From contig JAUSED010000003.1 in the NCBI GenBank assembly GCA_030650425.1, forward strand, positions 7,903-71,902: DNA of 64,000 nt. Direction: 5' to 3'. The DNA comes from Candidatus Omnitrophota bacterium. GTDB lineage: Bacteria > Omnitrophota > Gorgyraeia > Gygaellales > Profunditerraquicolaceae. Positions 42,585 through 51,477 of the stretch are shown piece after piece. The notes beneath the pieces are model-generated. The model worked only from the letters and a program-made list of their open reading frames with translations, ran no database searches and was not told the DNA's origin. The stretch's first letter is position 1. The number at the start of each line of letters is the position of its first letter. The position numbers and the translations under genes were made by a program.

Positions 42585-43664
42585 ATGAGGAAAATTAATA
42601 AGATTCTATTGTGGATAATTGCCGTTTTTTTTACCCTTTTTATTATTGCCAATATCGCGGTTTCCTTATTTGCCAAACAAATTATAGTTAGGCAAATCGA
42701 AGAGAACCTTAAAGTTCCCGTAACCCTCGGCAGCATAAACGTCGGCCTGCCTCTTTCCATAAAACTAAGTAAACTTAGCGTCGGGGATTTATTTAAAGCC
42801 GATGAAGTTTCTGTTTCTCCTAACATCCTTGGATTTTTCGCGGGTAAGCTTGTGCTTAGTTCGGTGGACTTAGTTAATCCGTTGGTCAATCTTGAACGGT
42901 CAGCCGACGGAAGGCTCAACCTACCCAAATTAGATAATAATAAAGGAAAGCCACCCGCGATTTATCTGACTAGCCTGAGCGTAAGAAACGGAAAGCTTAT
43001 TTTTATCGATAGAAAGATAGATCCTTCCGGTTATAAAATTATTCTGGCAAATTTAAACAGCCACATTTCTAAAGTCATGCTTCCTCCGGCTTCGCTTAAG
43101 GTTAATTTTAAGCTGTCGGCGGATTTGTTGGCTCCAGATAGCCGGAAATTGGGAAGTACAGCGTTATCCGGCTGGCTGGATTTCGGGCCTAAGGATATGG
43201 ATGGGAACCTCATCATCAAAGACTTGGACCTGACTTATTTTTCTCCATACTACGGGAATTTTATCTCCGATAAGAAACTCCTTTCAGCCAAGCTCAATAT
43301 CAATACTAACCTTAAGGCCGAAAATAATAACCTAAAAATCTTGACTGATTTCAGGCTCTCTAATTTAACATATAGCCAAGAGGCACCTGTTGAAGGAACG
43401 CTGCCGGAGATAAATTTCGCGAAGAATGCCTTGGAGTTTTTTACCGATTCCAAAGGTAACCTGAATCTGGAATTTGAGATTAATACCCGATTGGACCATC
43501 CCAATGTCACTGTCGAGCAGCTTAAGAAGGTGATCTTAAAGGCGGCCAGCAAAAATCTCTCTAACCAATCTCCGGAAGAGCTGATGAAGAAAGTTAATGC
43601 TAATATCGACCAATTCAAGGCGATAGGCAAGACTTTGAAGAATATATTTAAAGGGAAAGAGTAA
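42585..43664 (+). CDS. AsmA/DUF748-like envelope protein
   Basis: N-terminal TM, beta-rich body (LERSADGRLNLP). Confidence 0.6.
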   Translation: MRKINKILLWIIAVFFTLFIIANIAVSLFAKQIIVRQIEENLKVPVTLGSINVGLPLSIKLSKLSVGDLFKADEVSVSPNILGFFAGKLVLSSVDLVNPLVNLERSADGRLNLPKLDNNKGKPPAIYLTSLSVRNGKLIFIDRKIDPSGYKIILANLNSHISKVMLPPASLKVNFKLSADLLAPDSRKLGSTALSGWLDFGPKDMDGNLIIKDLDLTYFSPYYGNFISDKKLLSAKLNINTNLKAENNNLKILTDFRLSNLTYSQEAPVEGTLPEINFAKNALEFFTDSKGNLNLEFEINTRLDHPNVTVEQLKKVILKAASKNLSNQSPEELMKKVNANIDQFKAIGKTLKNIFKGKE

Positions 43665-44320
43665 TGCCAGCGAATAAATCTAAAAGCCTGCAAGATATCG
43701 AAGAAAAAATGGGATCTCTGGACGTAAATTCTTTACGTTATCATGTGCTGGAGAGCGCCAGGAATTTTAAAACCTCCTGGATTGAATTAGGACGCTCGCT
43801 TTATTCCGTCTGGAAAGATAAGATGTATAAGGAATGGGGTTTTGGGACGTTTGACGCCTACACCGCCAAAGAAATCGGGATCAAGAAGCCCACGGCGATG
43901 AAGCTACTGCGCTCATATTATTTTCTGGAAAAAGAAGAACCGGCATATTTGAAGGATGGTTATACTGAATCAGCTGATACGGCCAAGCTTCCCAGCTACG
44001 AAGCCGTGGATTTATTGCGCAAGGCAAAAGATAAGAAAACTCTGGATTCCCAAGATTATTCAAAATTGAAAAAGGAAATTTTTGAGGATGGTAAGGATGT
44101 GCAAACTGTAAAGCGGGATTTGACTTCTCTAGTCAGGCAGAGAGAAGAACTTGAACCTGAAGAGGCGTATAAAAAAAGACGGACAGCCATCTTAAGGAGA
44201 TTTATCGGCAGCCTTAAGGCCTTAAAGCAGGAGGCAGAAGTATCCAAATTGCTTCCGGCCCAGCTGATCAACGAAGCGCAGGAATTGATCCGCAAGATAG
44301 AGGAGCAAATTAAATTGTGA
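43664..44320 (+). CDS. Hypothetical helical protein
   Basis: Long ORF coupled to the previous gene; stop codon lies in a spacer-like unit of array A9. Confidence 0.7.
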   Translation: MPANKSKSLQDIEEKMGSLDVNSLRYHVLESARNFKTSWIELGRSLYSVWKDKMYKEWGFGTFDAYTAKEIGIKKPTAMKLLRSYYFLEKEEPAYLKDGYTESADTAKLPSYEAVDLLRKAKDKKTLDSQDYSKLKKEIFEDGKDVQTVKRDLTSLVRQREELEPEEAYKKRRTAILRRFIGSLKALKQEAEVSKLLPAQLINEAQELIRKIEEQIKL

Positions 44321-44380
44321 GGGAAACTGTTTCCAACTTGTGAAGGAAACTGTTTCCGGATCAATCGGGAAACAGTTTCC
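44312..44380. repeat. Family-1 array A9 (three cores)
   Basis: Spacer AAATTGTGAG then cores at 44322,44345,44368. Confidence 0.95.
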
Positions 44381-44387
44381 ATAGTAT

Positions 44388-45896
44388 ATGATGAATATAA
44401 TTGAAATATTAGATAAGCGGGCAAAGGATGCTCCGGATAAGCCGGCAGTAATTTTTAGAGATAAGGTTATTTCATTTGCTGACTTAGCGGATAAATCTTT
44501 ACGCCTAGAATCCGCGTTTAAAGAATTAGGCATAAATAAAGGCGACAAAATAGCCATCTATTTACCGAGTTGGCCGGAGTACATTTTTAGTTATTTGGCT
44601 ATCTGGCGTATCGGCGCGACAGCCGTACCTTTGGATTTTATGCTTACCGAAGATGAGTTAGTTTCCTGCCTTGCGCATTCCGAAGCCAAGATTTTAATTG
44701 CCAAGCCTAAGGCCAATCTTTCTTTAGCCGCGCTCAAACAAAGATGCCCGGGGCTAAAAGAAATCATTACCTGTCAGGATAAGGAAGAGGGATTTCTATT
44801 TTTTGATGAATGCCTGGAAAAATCCGGCGCAAGCGCTGTCAAAGCGGATACACAGGACAAAGATTACGCGATTATCTTCTATACCTCGGGGACAACCGGT
44901 AAGCCCAAGGGAGTGTTGATCAATTATTTGCAACTAAGCGCGCCGCCCAAGTCGATGGAATTTTTTGTGAACGCGGATTTAAGCGATAGAGACACTACTT
45001 TATGCGCTTTACCCTTCTCGCATTTGGGGGGCTTGATTTATATCCAAAATACAATAGTTTTTGGCTTAAAGTTAGTCTTAATGGAACGTTTTATTCCGTT
45101 AGAGTTCTTAAAGAATACCCAGCATCATAAGGTAAACTTTTTTTGGCTTGTTCCATCGATGTATTATGCCCTGCTGCAGCTAAAAGAATTTGAAACCTTT
45201 GACTTGGAGAGTCTGCGCTGGATAGTTACCTTTGGCGCCTCTAATTCTCCGGATGCCTTGCGCAGATTCCAACAATATTGTCCTAAAGCCAGCCTGTTGA
45301 ACGGCTGGGGCCTGACGGAGACCAACGCGCCGACAGTGGTTTCGGGGATGGGTTCCCAAAAAATCGAAAGCGTAGGCAGGCCTGCGCCATGGGTAGAGGT
45401 AAAGATTTTTAATGAAGAAGATAAAGAGGTTAGCATCGGGCTGGTAGGTGAGATCGTGGTTAAAGGTTGGGTAGTAACCGACGGGTATTATAAAGATGAT
45501 GCCTTGACCAATGAAACTTTAAGAAATGGATGGTTTCACACCGGAGATTTGGGAAAATTCGATACCGAAGGCGACCTTTATATCGTCGGCAGGAAGAAAG
45601 AGATGATTAAAGTCGGAGGAGAGATTGTTTTTGAGCCGGAGGTAGAATCGGTGATCTACCGGCATCCTGATATCGCTGAAGCCGCGGTGGTCGGGGTGGT
45701 AGATAAATTAAGGGGAGAGGTTCCTAAGGCTTGGGTGGTTTTAAAAGAAGGAAAGAATTTAAACGAAGAAGAACTGCGTTATTTCTTGCGGCAGCACTTG
45801 GCGCATTTTAAGATTCCGCATTATTTTGAATTTACCAATTCTCTTCCCAAAAATCGTACCGGAAAGATCGATAAAGAAAAATTAAGATGCTTGTAG
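44388..45896 (+). CDS. Acyl-CoA ligase (AMP-binding)
   Basis: YTSGTTGKPKG, GWGLTE, HTGD, GRKKEMIK, PKNRTGKI. Confidence 0.92.
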   Translation: MMNIIEILDKRAKDAPDKPAVIFRDKVISFADLADKSLRLESAFKELGINKGDKIAIYLPSWPEYIFSYLAIWRIGATAVPLDFMLTEDELVSCLAHSEAKILIAKPKANLSLAALKQRCPGLKEIITCQDKEEGFLFFDECLEKSGASAVKADTQDKDYAIIFYTSGTTGKPKGVLINYLQLSAPPKSMEFFVNADLSDRDTTLCALPFSHLGGLIYIQNTIVFGLKLVLMERFIPLEFLKNTQHHKVNFFWLVPSMYYALLQLKEFETFDLESLRWIVTFGASNSPDALRRFQQYCPKASLLNGWGLTETNAPTVVSGMGSQKIESVGRPAPWVEVKIFNEEDKEVSIGLVGEIVVKGWVVTDGYYKDDALTNETLRNGWFHTGDLGKFDTEGDLYIVGRKKEMIKVGGEIVFEPEVESVIYRHPDIAEAAVVGVVDKLRGEVPKAWVVLKEGKNLNEEELRYFLRQHLAHFKIPHYFEFTNSLPKNRTGKIDKEKLRCL

Positions 45897-45901
45897 GGGT
45901 T

Positions 45902-46933
45902 ATGCAAGATATTAAAGAACTAACCCTTAAAGAACTGGAAGAAACGCTCAAGTCCTTTGGCGCTAACGCCTATAATGCCCGGCAGATATTTTCCTGGATT
46001 TATAAGAAAGGCGTAAGCGAGTTCGCTCAGATGAGCGATTTGAGCCAAAGTTTAAGGGATAGCCTAAGTAAAAGTTTCTACATTTCCGGTTTAGCAATAG
46101 TCAAGAAGCTTAAATCCAGCGACGGAACTCAGAAATTACTTTTTAAGTTAAAAGACGCAAGTCTGATTGAAGCTGTGATCATTCCCGCTAAAGGCAGAAT
46201 TACGGGTTGTCTTTCGACGCAAGTCGGTTGTAAATTTGCCTGTCGGTTTTGCGCCAGCGGGATAAGCGGATTCAAACGCAATCTGACTTCTTCGGAGATA
46301 ATTGAAGAGGTTTTGTACCTAAAGAGAGAATCTTTGCCTGAAAGACTGACGCACCTGGTATTTATGGGCACAGGAGAGCCGTTGGATAATTACAATGAAA
46401 TAATCAGGGCAATAAGAATCATTAATTCTCCGGACGGATGTAATATCGGAGCGCGCAGGATTACCATATCCACCAGCGGAATTATCCCGGGTATTCAAAA
46501 ACTAGCAGGGGAAGGTTTACAGATAGAGCTATCTGTTTCTTTACACGCGGCTGGTGAGAAATTAAGAACCGAGATTATGCCCATTAATGAGAAATATCCG
46601 CTTAAGGAATTAATCGCAGCCTGTAAGGAGTATGTTGCCAAGACCAATCGCCAGATTACCTTTGAATATATTTTGATTAAAGGCCTGAATGCAGGTTTAA
46701 AAAATGCGCAGGAATTGAGTAAGTTATTAAGCGGCTGGAAGCTTGCTAAGGTGAATCTTATCCCGTCTAATCTTATCAGTGAGCTTAAAGCAGCGCCTCC
46801 GGAGAAAAAAGATATTCTTGCGTTTAGGGATTATTTAATTAAGCACAAAGTAAATGTTACTTTGCGCAAAGAGCGCGGAGAAGATATTAACGCGGCCTGT
46901 GGACAACTGAGGTTAACTTATGCTAAGGAATAG
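45902..46933 (+). CDS. rlmN: 23S rRNA m2A2503 methyltransferase
   Basis: STQVGCKFACRFC, MGTGEPL, SLH, FEY, INAACGQL; alternative start 45887. Confidence 0.95.
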   Translation: MQDIKELTLKELEETLKSFGANAYNARQIFSWIYKKGVSEFAQMSDLSQSLRDSLSKSFYISGLAIVKKLKSSDGTQKLLFKLKDASLIEAVIIPAKGRITGCLSTQVGCKFACRFCASGISGFKRNLTSSEIIEEVLYLKRESLPERLTHLVFMGTGEPLDNYNEIIRAIRIINSPDGCNIGARRITISTSGIIPGIQKLAGEGLQIELSVSLHAAGEKLRTEIMPINEKYPLKELIAACKEYVAKTNRQITFEYILIKGLNAGLKNAQELSKLLSGWKLAKVNLIPSNLISELKAAPPEKKDILAFRDYLIKHKVNVTLRKERGEDINAACGQLRLTYAKE

Positions 46934-47552
46934 CCAAAAGATAATTTTATTAGCCGTCATCCTGACTTTATTGGGGTTTTGCGCTTTTGTCTTGTCTAGC
47001 TGCGTAAAAAAAGAGATTAAGAATACTAATTCCAGCGGCAAGAATATTATTTGTTTCGGCGACAGCATTACCTTTGGCTACGGAGTGAACCCGGGGCAGG
47101 ATTATCCAACTCACTTGGCAAAAATGGTGAATAGGCCGGTGATTAATGCCGGAGTTGACGGAGATACTTCTATCGAAGGCTCAAAAAGGATTAAAAGAGA
47201 CGTCTTAGATAAGCAGCCGTATCTAGTGCTGATTGAATTTACCGGGAATGACTTTTTAAAGAAGGTCCCGCTTTACACCACGATCGATAATCTAAAAGAA
47301 ATGATCCGGCAGATCCAAGGAGCAGGGGCAATCACTGCTATCGTTGATGTAAGCGCCGGATTATTCTTACTCGACTACCGAATACAACTTTCTAAGCTGG
47401 CCCGGGAAACCGAATCAATTTTTATCCCCGCCACCTTAAGCGGAATTATTACCAATCCGAGCATGAAAAGCGATTTTATGCATCCTAATGCCGGCGGCTA
47501 CGTGATCGTCGCCCAAAGGGTATGCCGCGGGATCGAGGATTATATAAAATGA
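46920..47552 (+). CDS. SGNH/GDSL esterase, probable lipoprotein
   Basis: FGDSITFG, NAGVDG, GND, DFMHPN; signal ending LSSC. Confidence 0.9.
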   Translation: MLRNSQKIILLAVILTLLGFCAFVLSSCVKKEIKNTNSSGKNIICFGDSITFGYGVNPGQDYPTHLAKMVNRPVINAGVDGDTSIEGSKRIKRDVLDKQPYLVLIEFTGNDFLKKVPLYTTIDNLKEMIRQIQGAGAITAIVDVSAGLFLLDYRIQLSKLARETESIFIPATLSGIITNPSMKSDFMHPNAGGYVIVAQRVCRGIEDYIK

Positions 47553-47628
47553 ATAAGTTTTAATATTCGTTGTTTCCAAAGCCCGTCCATAACCATAAAA
47601 GACCAAGTTTATTCCCAACTTTACGCAT

Positions 47629-48255
47629 ATGAAAAAAGAAGATTATCTTGAAGAGTTATATAAGATTCAATGCCGCAATAACCGCGTTGCCAGGGTTACT
47701 GAATTGGCGCATGCGCTCAAAGTTTCCGATTCAAGCGTTTCTGAAATGATCAGAAGGCTCCAGAAGGAAAAATTGGTCACTTTCGAGCGTTTCGGAGGAA
47801 TCAGCCTTACTGCCGCGGGAATTAAGGAAGCCAGGAAAGTAATTAGAAAACATCAGCTCTTAGAAGTTTTTTTCAGCAAGGTGCTAAAAATAAAAACACA
47901 TTCCCATGAAGAAGCCCACCTCATGGAACACGTCCTCTCAGACGCGGCAACTGATAAGCTTGACAGTGTGCTTAAAAAACCCAAACTTTGCCCGGACGGT
48001 AATCCTATCCCGGAGAAGAATAGCGAAGTAGTAAGTCTAATTCAGCTCTCTGTAAAAAGTAAAGCAGAGGTTATCTTTGTAGCTAGCAAAAACAAGGCCT
48101 GCCTTGAACGCCTGAATTCACTCGGGCTTGTTCCCCAGGCAAAAGTCAGGGTAGTGCGTAAATTAAGCAGAGGGCCATTGATTTTGAATGTAAAAGGAAG
48201 CGAGATTGCCTTAGGGCCTGATGTTTGCGCGAGCATATTTGTGGAGAAAAAATGA
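47629..48255 (+). CDS. DtxR/MntR family metal-dependent repressor with FeoA domain
   Basis: EDYL, RKHQLLEVF, EAHLMEH, CPDGNPIP, FeoA-like tail. Confidence 0.9.
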   Translation: MKKEDYLEELYKIQCRNNRVARVTELAHALKVSDSSVSEMIRRLQKEKLVTFERFGGISLTAAGIKEARKVIRKHQLLEVFFSKVLKIKTHSHEEAHLMEHVLSDAATDKLDSVLKKPKLCPDGNPIPEKNSEVVSLIQLSVKSKAEVIFVASKNKACLERLNSLGLVPQAKVRVVRKLSRGPLILNVKGSEIALGPDVCASIFVEKK

Positions 48256-50207
48256 GCTGTAATCCAAAGGCTTGTGGGGCAGATATCGCGCTTGTCGGAA
48301 ATCCAAATACAGGCAAGAGCTGCCTTTTTAATCAGCTTACTACCGCTGATGCGATAGTATCCAATTATCCGGGGACAACTGTGGAGATCCTCGAGGGCAA
48401 AACCGCAATTGATAATAAGGTTATGCATGTAGCTGACCTTCCGGGCATATATAATCTTGGTTCATCAAGCGATGATGAAAGAGCCGCCACTGATTATATC
48501 ATCGAGAAAAAGCCCGGGGTGATAGTAAATGTGGTGGATGCCGCGCTTTTAGAGCGCAATCTTTACCTGACCCTGCAATTGCTGGAGTTAGAGGTTCCCA
48601 TGGTTATAGCTTTAAATTTTTATGAAGAGTTAGAAGATAATGGCATTAGCATAGATTATAACAATCTAAGCGCCTTGCTGGGTGTGCCTGTTGTACCTAT
48701 TGACGCGTTGCGGGGAGCAGGTATAGATATACTGGTCAAAACAATAGACACGATTATGCAAGATAGTTACAAATTCGATTATTATCATCTTAAATATGAT
48801 GACCATATAGAAAAGGCGATTGATAAAATTACCGAGATTATTGAAGAGGAGAATATCCCAAAACGCACAGCGTCAATTAACCTGATTGAGGAAGACGATG
48901 TTGAATGGGGGAAAGCCGGGCATAAAGAAGAGGTGCGCAAGATTATAGATGAGCTTAGCAAAGAGCACGCCCTGAATACCGAAATTGCGCGGGAGCGCCA
49001 TGGCCAGGCGGCATTACTGGCCCAGAAAGTAATGATCCAGGGGAAGCCGAAAAAGCATTTTAAGGATTTTCTTGACAGATTTACGACCGAGCCCCTGACA
49101 GGCGGCATTTCACTTGTTTTTATCATGGGCCTTAGTTTCTTCTCCCTGTTTACAATTGGCAATTATCTTAGTGACTTAATGGGAAAATGGTTTGATCTGC
49201 TTATTGCTAATCCGCTGAATCCTTTGATCAAGGCAATTCCCAGCACAGCTTTACAAACAGTTCTGACTTGGGGCCTACAGGGTATAAACGCGGGGCTGCA
49301 GATAGCCTTGCCGTATATCTTTATATTTTATCTAGTACTGGGCGCATTGGAGGATACAGGATATCTGCCCCGCATGGCTTATCTTTTGGACAGGTTAATG
49401 CATAAGATGCACTTACATGGCAATGCCATCATACCGATGATGCTTGGATTTGGCTGCAGTGTTCCGGCGGTACTCGCAACGCGTATTTTGCCTAATAAGA
49501 AAGACAGGATATTGACATCTATTTTGATTTGTATGATTCCGTGTTCCGCGCGAACCGCTGTTATCTTTGGGGCAGTAGGGAAATTTATCGGCGCGGGTTA
49601 CGCGCTTTTGATTTTTGGGATTGTCTTATCGCTGATATTCGCAGTTGGTTATATCCTGGGCAGATTCCTTCCCGGAGAATCAACCGGGCTGATAATGGAA
49701 ATGTCGGAATATAGGCTGCCTCAGCTTAAGAATGTCTGGAAAAAAACATGGATGAGGGTAAAGGATTTTATTTGGGTCGCGTTCCCCTTGATTATCATAG
49801 GCTCTGTTGTCTTGGGCTTACTTAAGGTTTACGGGGTTCTCGAGATCATTACAAAACCTTTTGCTCCGATTATTAGCGGTTGGCTGATGCTTCCTGCTAT
49901 CGCGGGTATTACGCTAGTTTACGGAATCCTGAGAAAAGAGATGGCCTTGGAATTATTGTTTGTGCTTGGCGGAAGCTCAAGGCTGCTGAATTTTATGACT
50001 CCGTTACAGATATTTATATTTACTTTGGTTGTTGCCTTGTATTTTCCTTGTGTGGGGACCCTGGCAGTTTTAAAGCATGAGTTTGGCTGGAAGAAGAGCC
50101 TGGCGATATCGTTGTTTACGATTGCCCTGGCTGTCGCAATAGGCGGGTTCGTTGGGAGGTTATTTCTTATAATGGGAGTTCCCAATCATGGGAATCAATT
50201 AATTTAA
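48252..50207 (+). CDS. feoB: Ferrous iron transporter B
   Basis: GNPNTGKS, NYPGTTVE, DLPG, LEDTGY, GFGCSVP; ATGA overlap with regulator. Confidence 0.95.
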   Translation: MSCNPKACGADIALVGNPNTGKSCLFNQLTTADAIVSNYPGTTVEILEGKTAIDNKVMHVADLPGIYNLGSSSDDERAATDYIIEKKPGVIVNVVDAALLERNLYLTLQLLELEVPMVIALNFYEELEDNGISIDYNNLSALLGVPVVPIDALRGAGIDILVKTIDTIMQDSYKFDYYHLKYDDHIEKAIDKITEIIEEENIPKRTASINLIEEDDVEWGKAGHKEEVRKIIDELSKEHALNTEIARERHGQAALLAQKVMIQGKPKKHFKDFLDRFTTEPLTGGISLVFIMGLSFFSLFTIGNYLSDLMGKWFDLLIANPLNPLIKAIPSTALQTVLTWGLQGINAGLQIALPYIFIFYLVLGALEDTGYLPRMAYLLDRLMHKMHLHGNAIIPMMLGFGCSVPAVLATRILPNKKDRILTSILICMIPCSARTAVIFGAVGKFIGAGYALLIFGIVLSLIFAVGYILGRFLPGESTGLIMEMSEYRLPQLKNVWKKTWMRVKDFIWVAFPLIIIGSVVLGLLKVYGVLEIITKPFAPIISGWLMLPAIAGITLVYGILRKEMALELLFVLGGSSRLLNFMTPLQIFIFTLVVALYFPCVGTLAVLKHEFGWKKSLAISLFTIALAVAIGGFVGRLFLIMGVPNHGNQLI

Positions 50208-50290
50208 TGCCGAAGGAGGGAGTTGAACCCACATGGGCTTGCGCCCAACAGCTTTTGAGGCTGCCGCGTATGCCATTTCGCCACTTCGGC
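50208..50290 (-). tRNA. tRNA-Leu(CAA), CCA not encoded
   Basis: Reverse complement GCCGAAG...anticodon loop CTCAAAA, long variable arm, GGTTCAA T-loop...CTTCGGCA. Confidence 0.92.
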
Positions 50291-50303
50291 AGATAATTTT
50301 ACA

Positions 50304-50344
50304 TTGACGTTAGTTATTTTATATTCTAAAATAGCAAAGGTCAA
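50304..50344. promoter_or_regulatory. Overlapping divergent sigma70 promoters for the two tRNAs
   Basis: + strand TTGACG-17-TAAAAT (50304-50332); - strand TTGACC-17-TAAAAT (50344-50316). Confidence 0.6.
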
Positions 50345-50358
50345 TAGATATAATTTGA

Positions 50359-50434
50359 GGGGCTGTAGCTCAGCTGGGAGAGCACTTGCATGGCATGCAA
50401 GGGGTCAGGAGTTCAATCCTCCTCAGCTCCACCA
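50359..50434 (+). tRNA. tRNA-Ala(GGC)
   Basis: 76 nt, GGGGCTG/CAGCTCC stem with G3:U70, anticodon loop ATGGCAT, encoded CCA. Confidence 0.96.
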
Positions 50435-50528
50435 AATTTTTCTGACAAAGAAAAATTTGGTGGCACTAAAGCGAGCGTAAAAAATCGCGGCAAGCGGTTT
50501 AGCGAGCGTAGTGCCTTCGGTAAATTCT

Positions 50529-50563
50529 CCATAAAGGGACGGATAATATCCGTCCCTTTATGG
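50529..50563. repeat. GGGAC-type perfect inverted repeat
   Basis: CCATAAAGGGACGGATA-A-TATCCGTCCCTTTATGG. Confidence 0.8.
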
Positions 50564-50587
50564 TAGAACAGTTTTAGAGAAGAGTTA

Positions 50588-50616
50588 TTGACGCTCAACT
50601 TGCGCAGAGGTATAAT
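50588..50616 (+). promoter_or_regulatory. Putative sigma70 promoter of nfo-leuS
   Basis: TTGACG-17-TATAAT. Confidence 0.6.
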
Positions 50617-50625
50617 TTAAGCACG

Positions 50626-51471
50626 ATGATTCTAGGTGTGCATGTTTCCGGAGCAGGGAAGATTTATCAGACGCTGGATATCGCGCATCAGCTGAAGTGT
50701 CAGACGATGCAAATCTTCGCTCGCAACCCTCAGCAATGGCGCGCCGGCCCCTTGGACCCTAAAGATATTGCGGAATTTAAGCTCAGGCGCAAGAAATTTA
50801 AGATTGACCCGGTCTTTATCCATATTTCTTATTTGATTAATCTGGCTTCGCCTAATCCCCGGCTTTACCAAGGTTCAATTCGGGCTTATGTTGAGGATAT
50901 GCAGGACGCGGAAGCATTAAAAGCCGATTATATCGTTACGCATATGGGCAGCCATAAGGAAACTTCCGAAGAAGCCGGCATAAAAAGGTTAATCGCTGCT
51001 TTAAATAAAATCCTGGATGAAACCAAAGGTTCGAAAGTAGGGATATTATTGGAGAATACCTCAGGCAGCGGTTCGTGGCTGGGGTATAAGTTTGAGCATC
51101 AGCAAAAAATCATCGCCGGGATAAAAGAAAAGTCGCGCGTGGGCCTCTGTTTAGATACGGCGCATGCTTATCTAGCCGGTTATGACCTGGCCACTAAAGA
51201 AGGATTAGCTAAGATGTTGGATGAGATTGATACGCAAGTTGGCTTAAAATTAGTTAAATTGATTCATTTGAATGACGCCTACGGCGCGTTAGCTTCACAT
51301 TATGACCGGCATGACCATATTGGCAAAGGAAGTATAGGCTTAGCCGGAATGAAAAGGATTATTACGCACCCGAAGTTAAAGAATATCCCGATGATTTTAG
51401 AGACGCCCAAAGATGACGAAACCAGTGATCTGTTGAACCTAGCGTTAGTGCGAAAATTAAGCAAAAATTAG
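50626..51471 (+). CDS. nfo: Endonuclease IV
   Basis: GVHVS, HISYLINLA, LLENT, CLDTAH, HLND, DRHDHIG, ILETP. Confidence 0.95.
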   Translation: MILGVHVSGAGKIYQTLDIAHQLKCQTMQIFARNPQQWRAGPLDPKDIAEFKLRRKKFKIDPVFIHISYLINLASPNPRLYQGSIRAYVEDMQDAEALKADYIVTHMGSHKETSEEAGIKRLIAALNKILDETKGSKVGILLENTSGSGSWLGYKFEHQQKIIAGIKEKSRVGLCLDTAHAYLAGYDLATKEGLAKMLDEIDTQVGLKLVKLIHLNDAYGALASHYDRHDHIGKGSIGLAGMKRIITHPKLKNIPMILETPKDDETSDLLNLALVRKLSKN

Positions 51472-51477
51472 GAAACT

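Noticed and set aside
50208-50625. Integrated element at the tRNA genes
   Set aside because: No integrase and no direct repeat of a tRNA 3' end found; flanking genes are housekeeping
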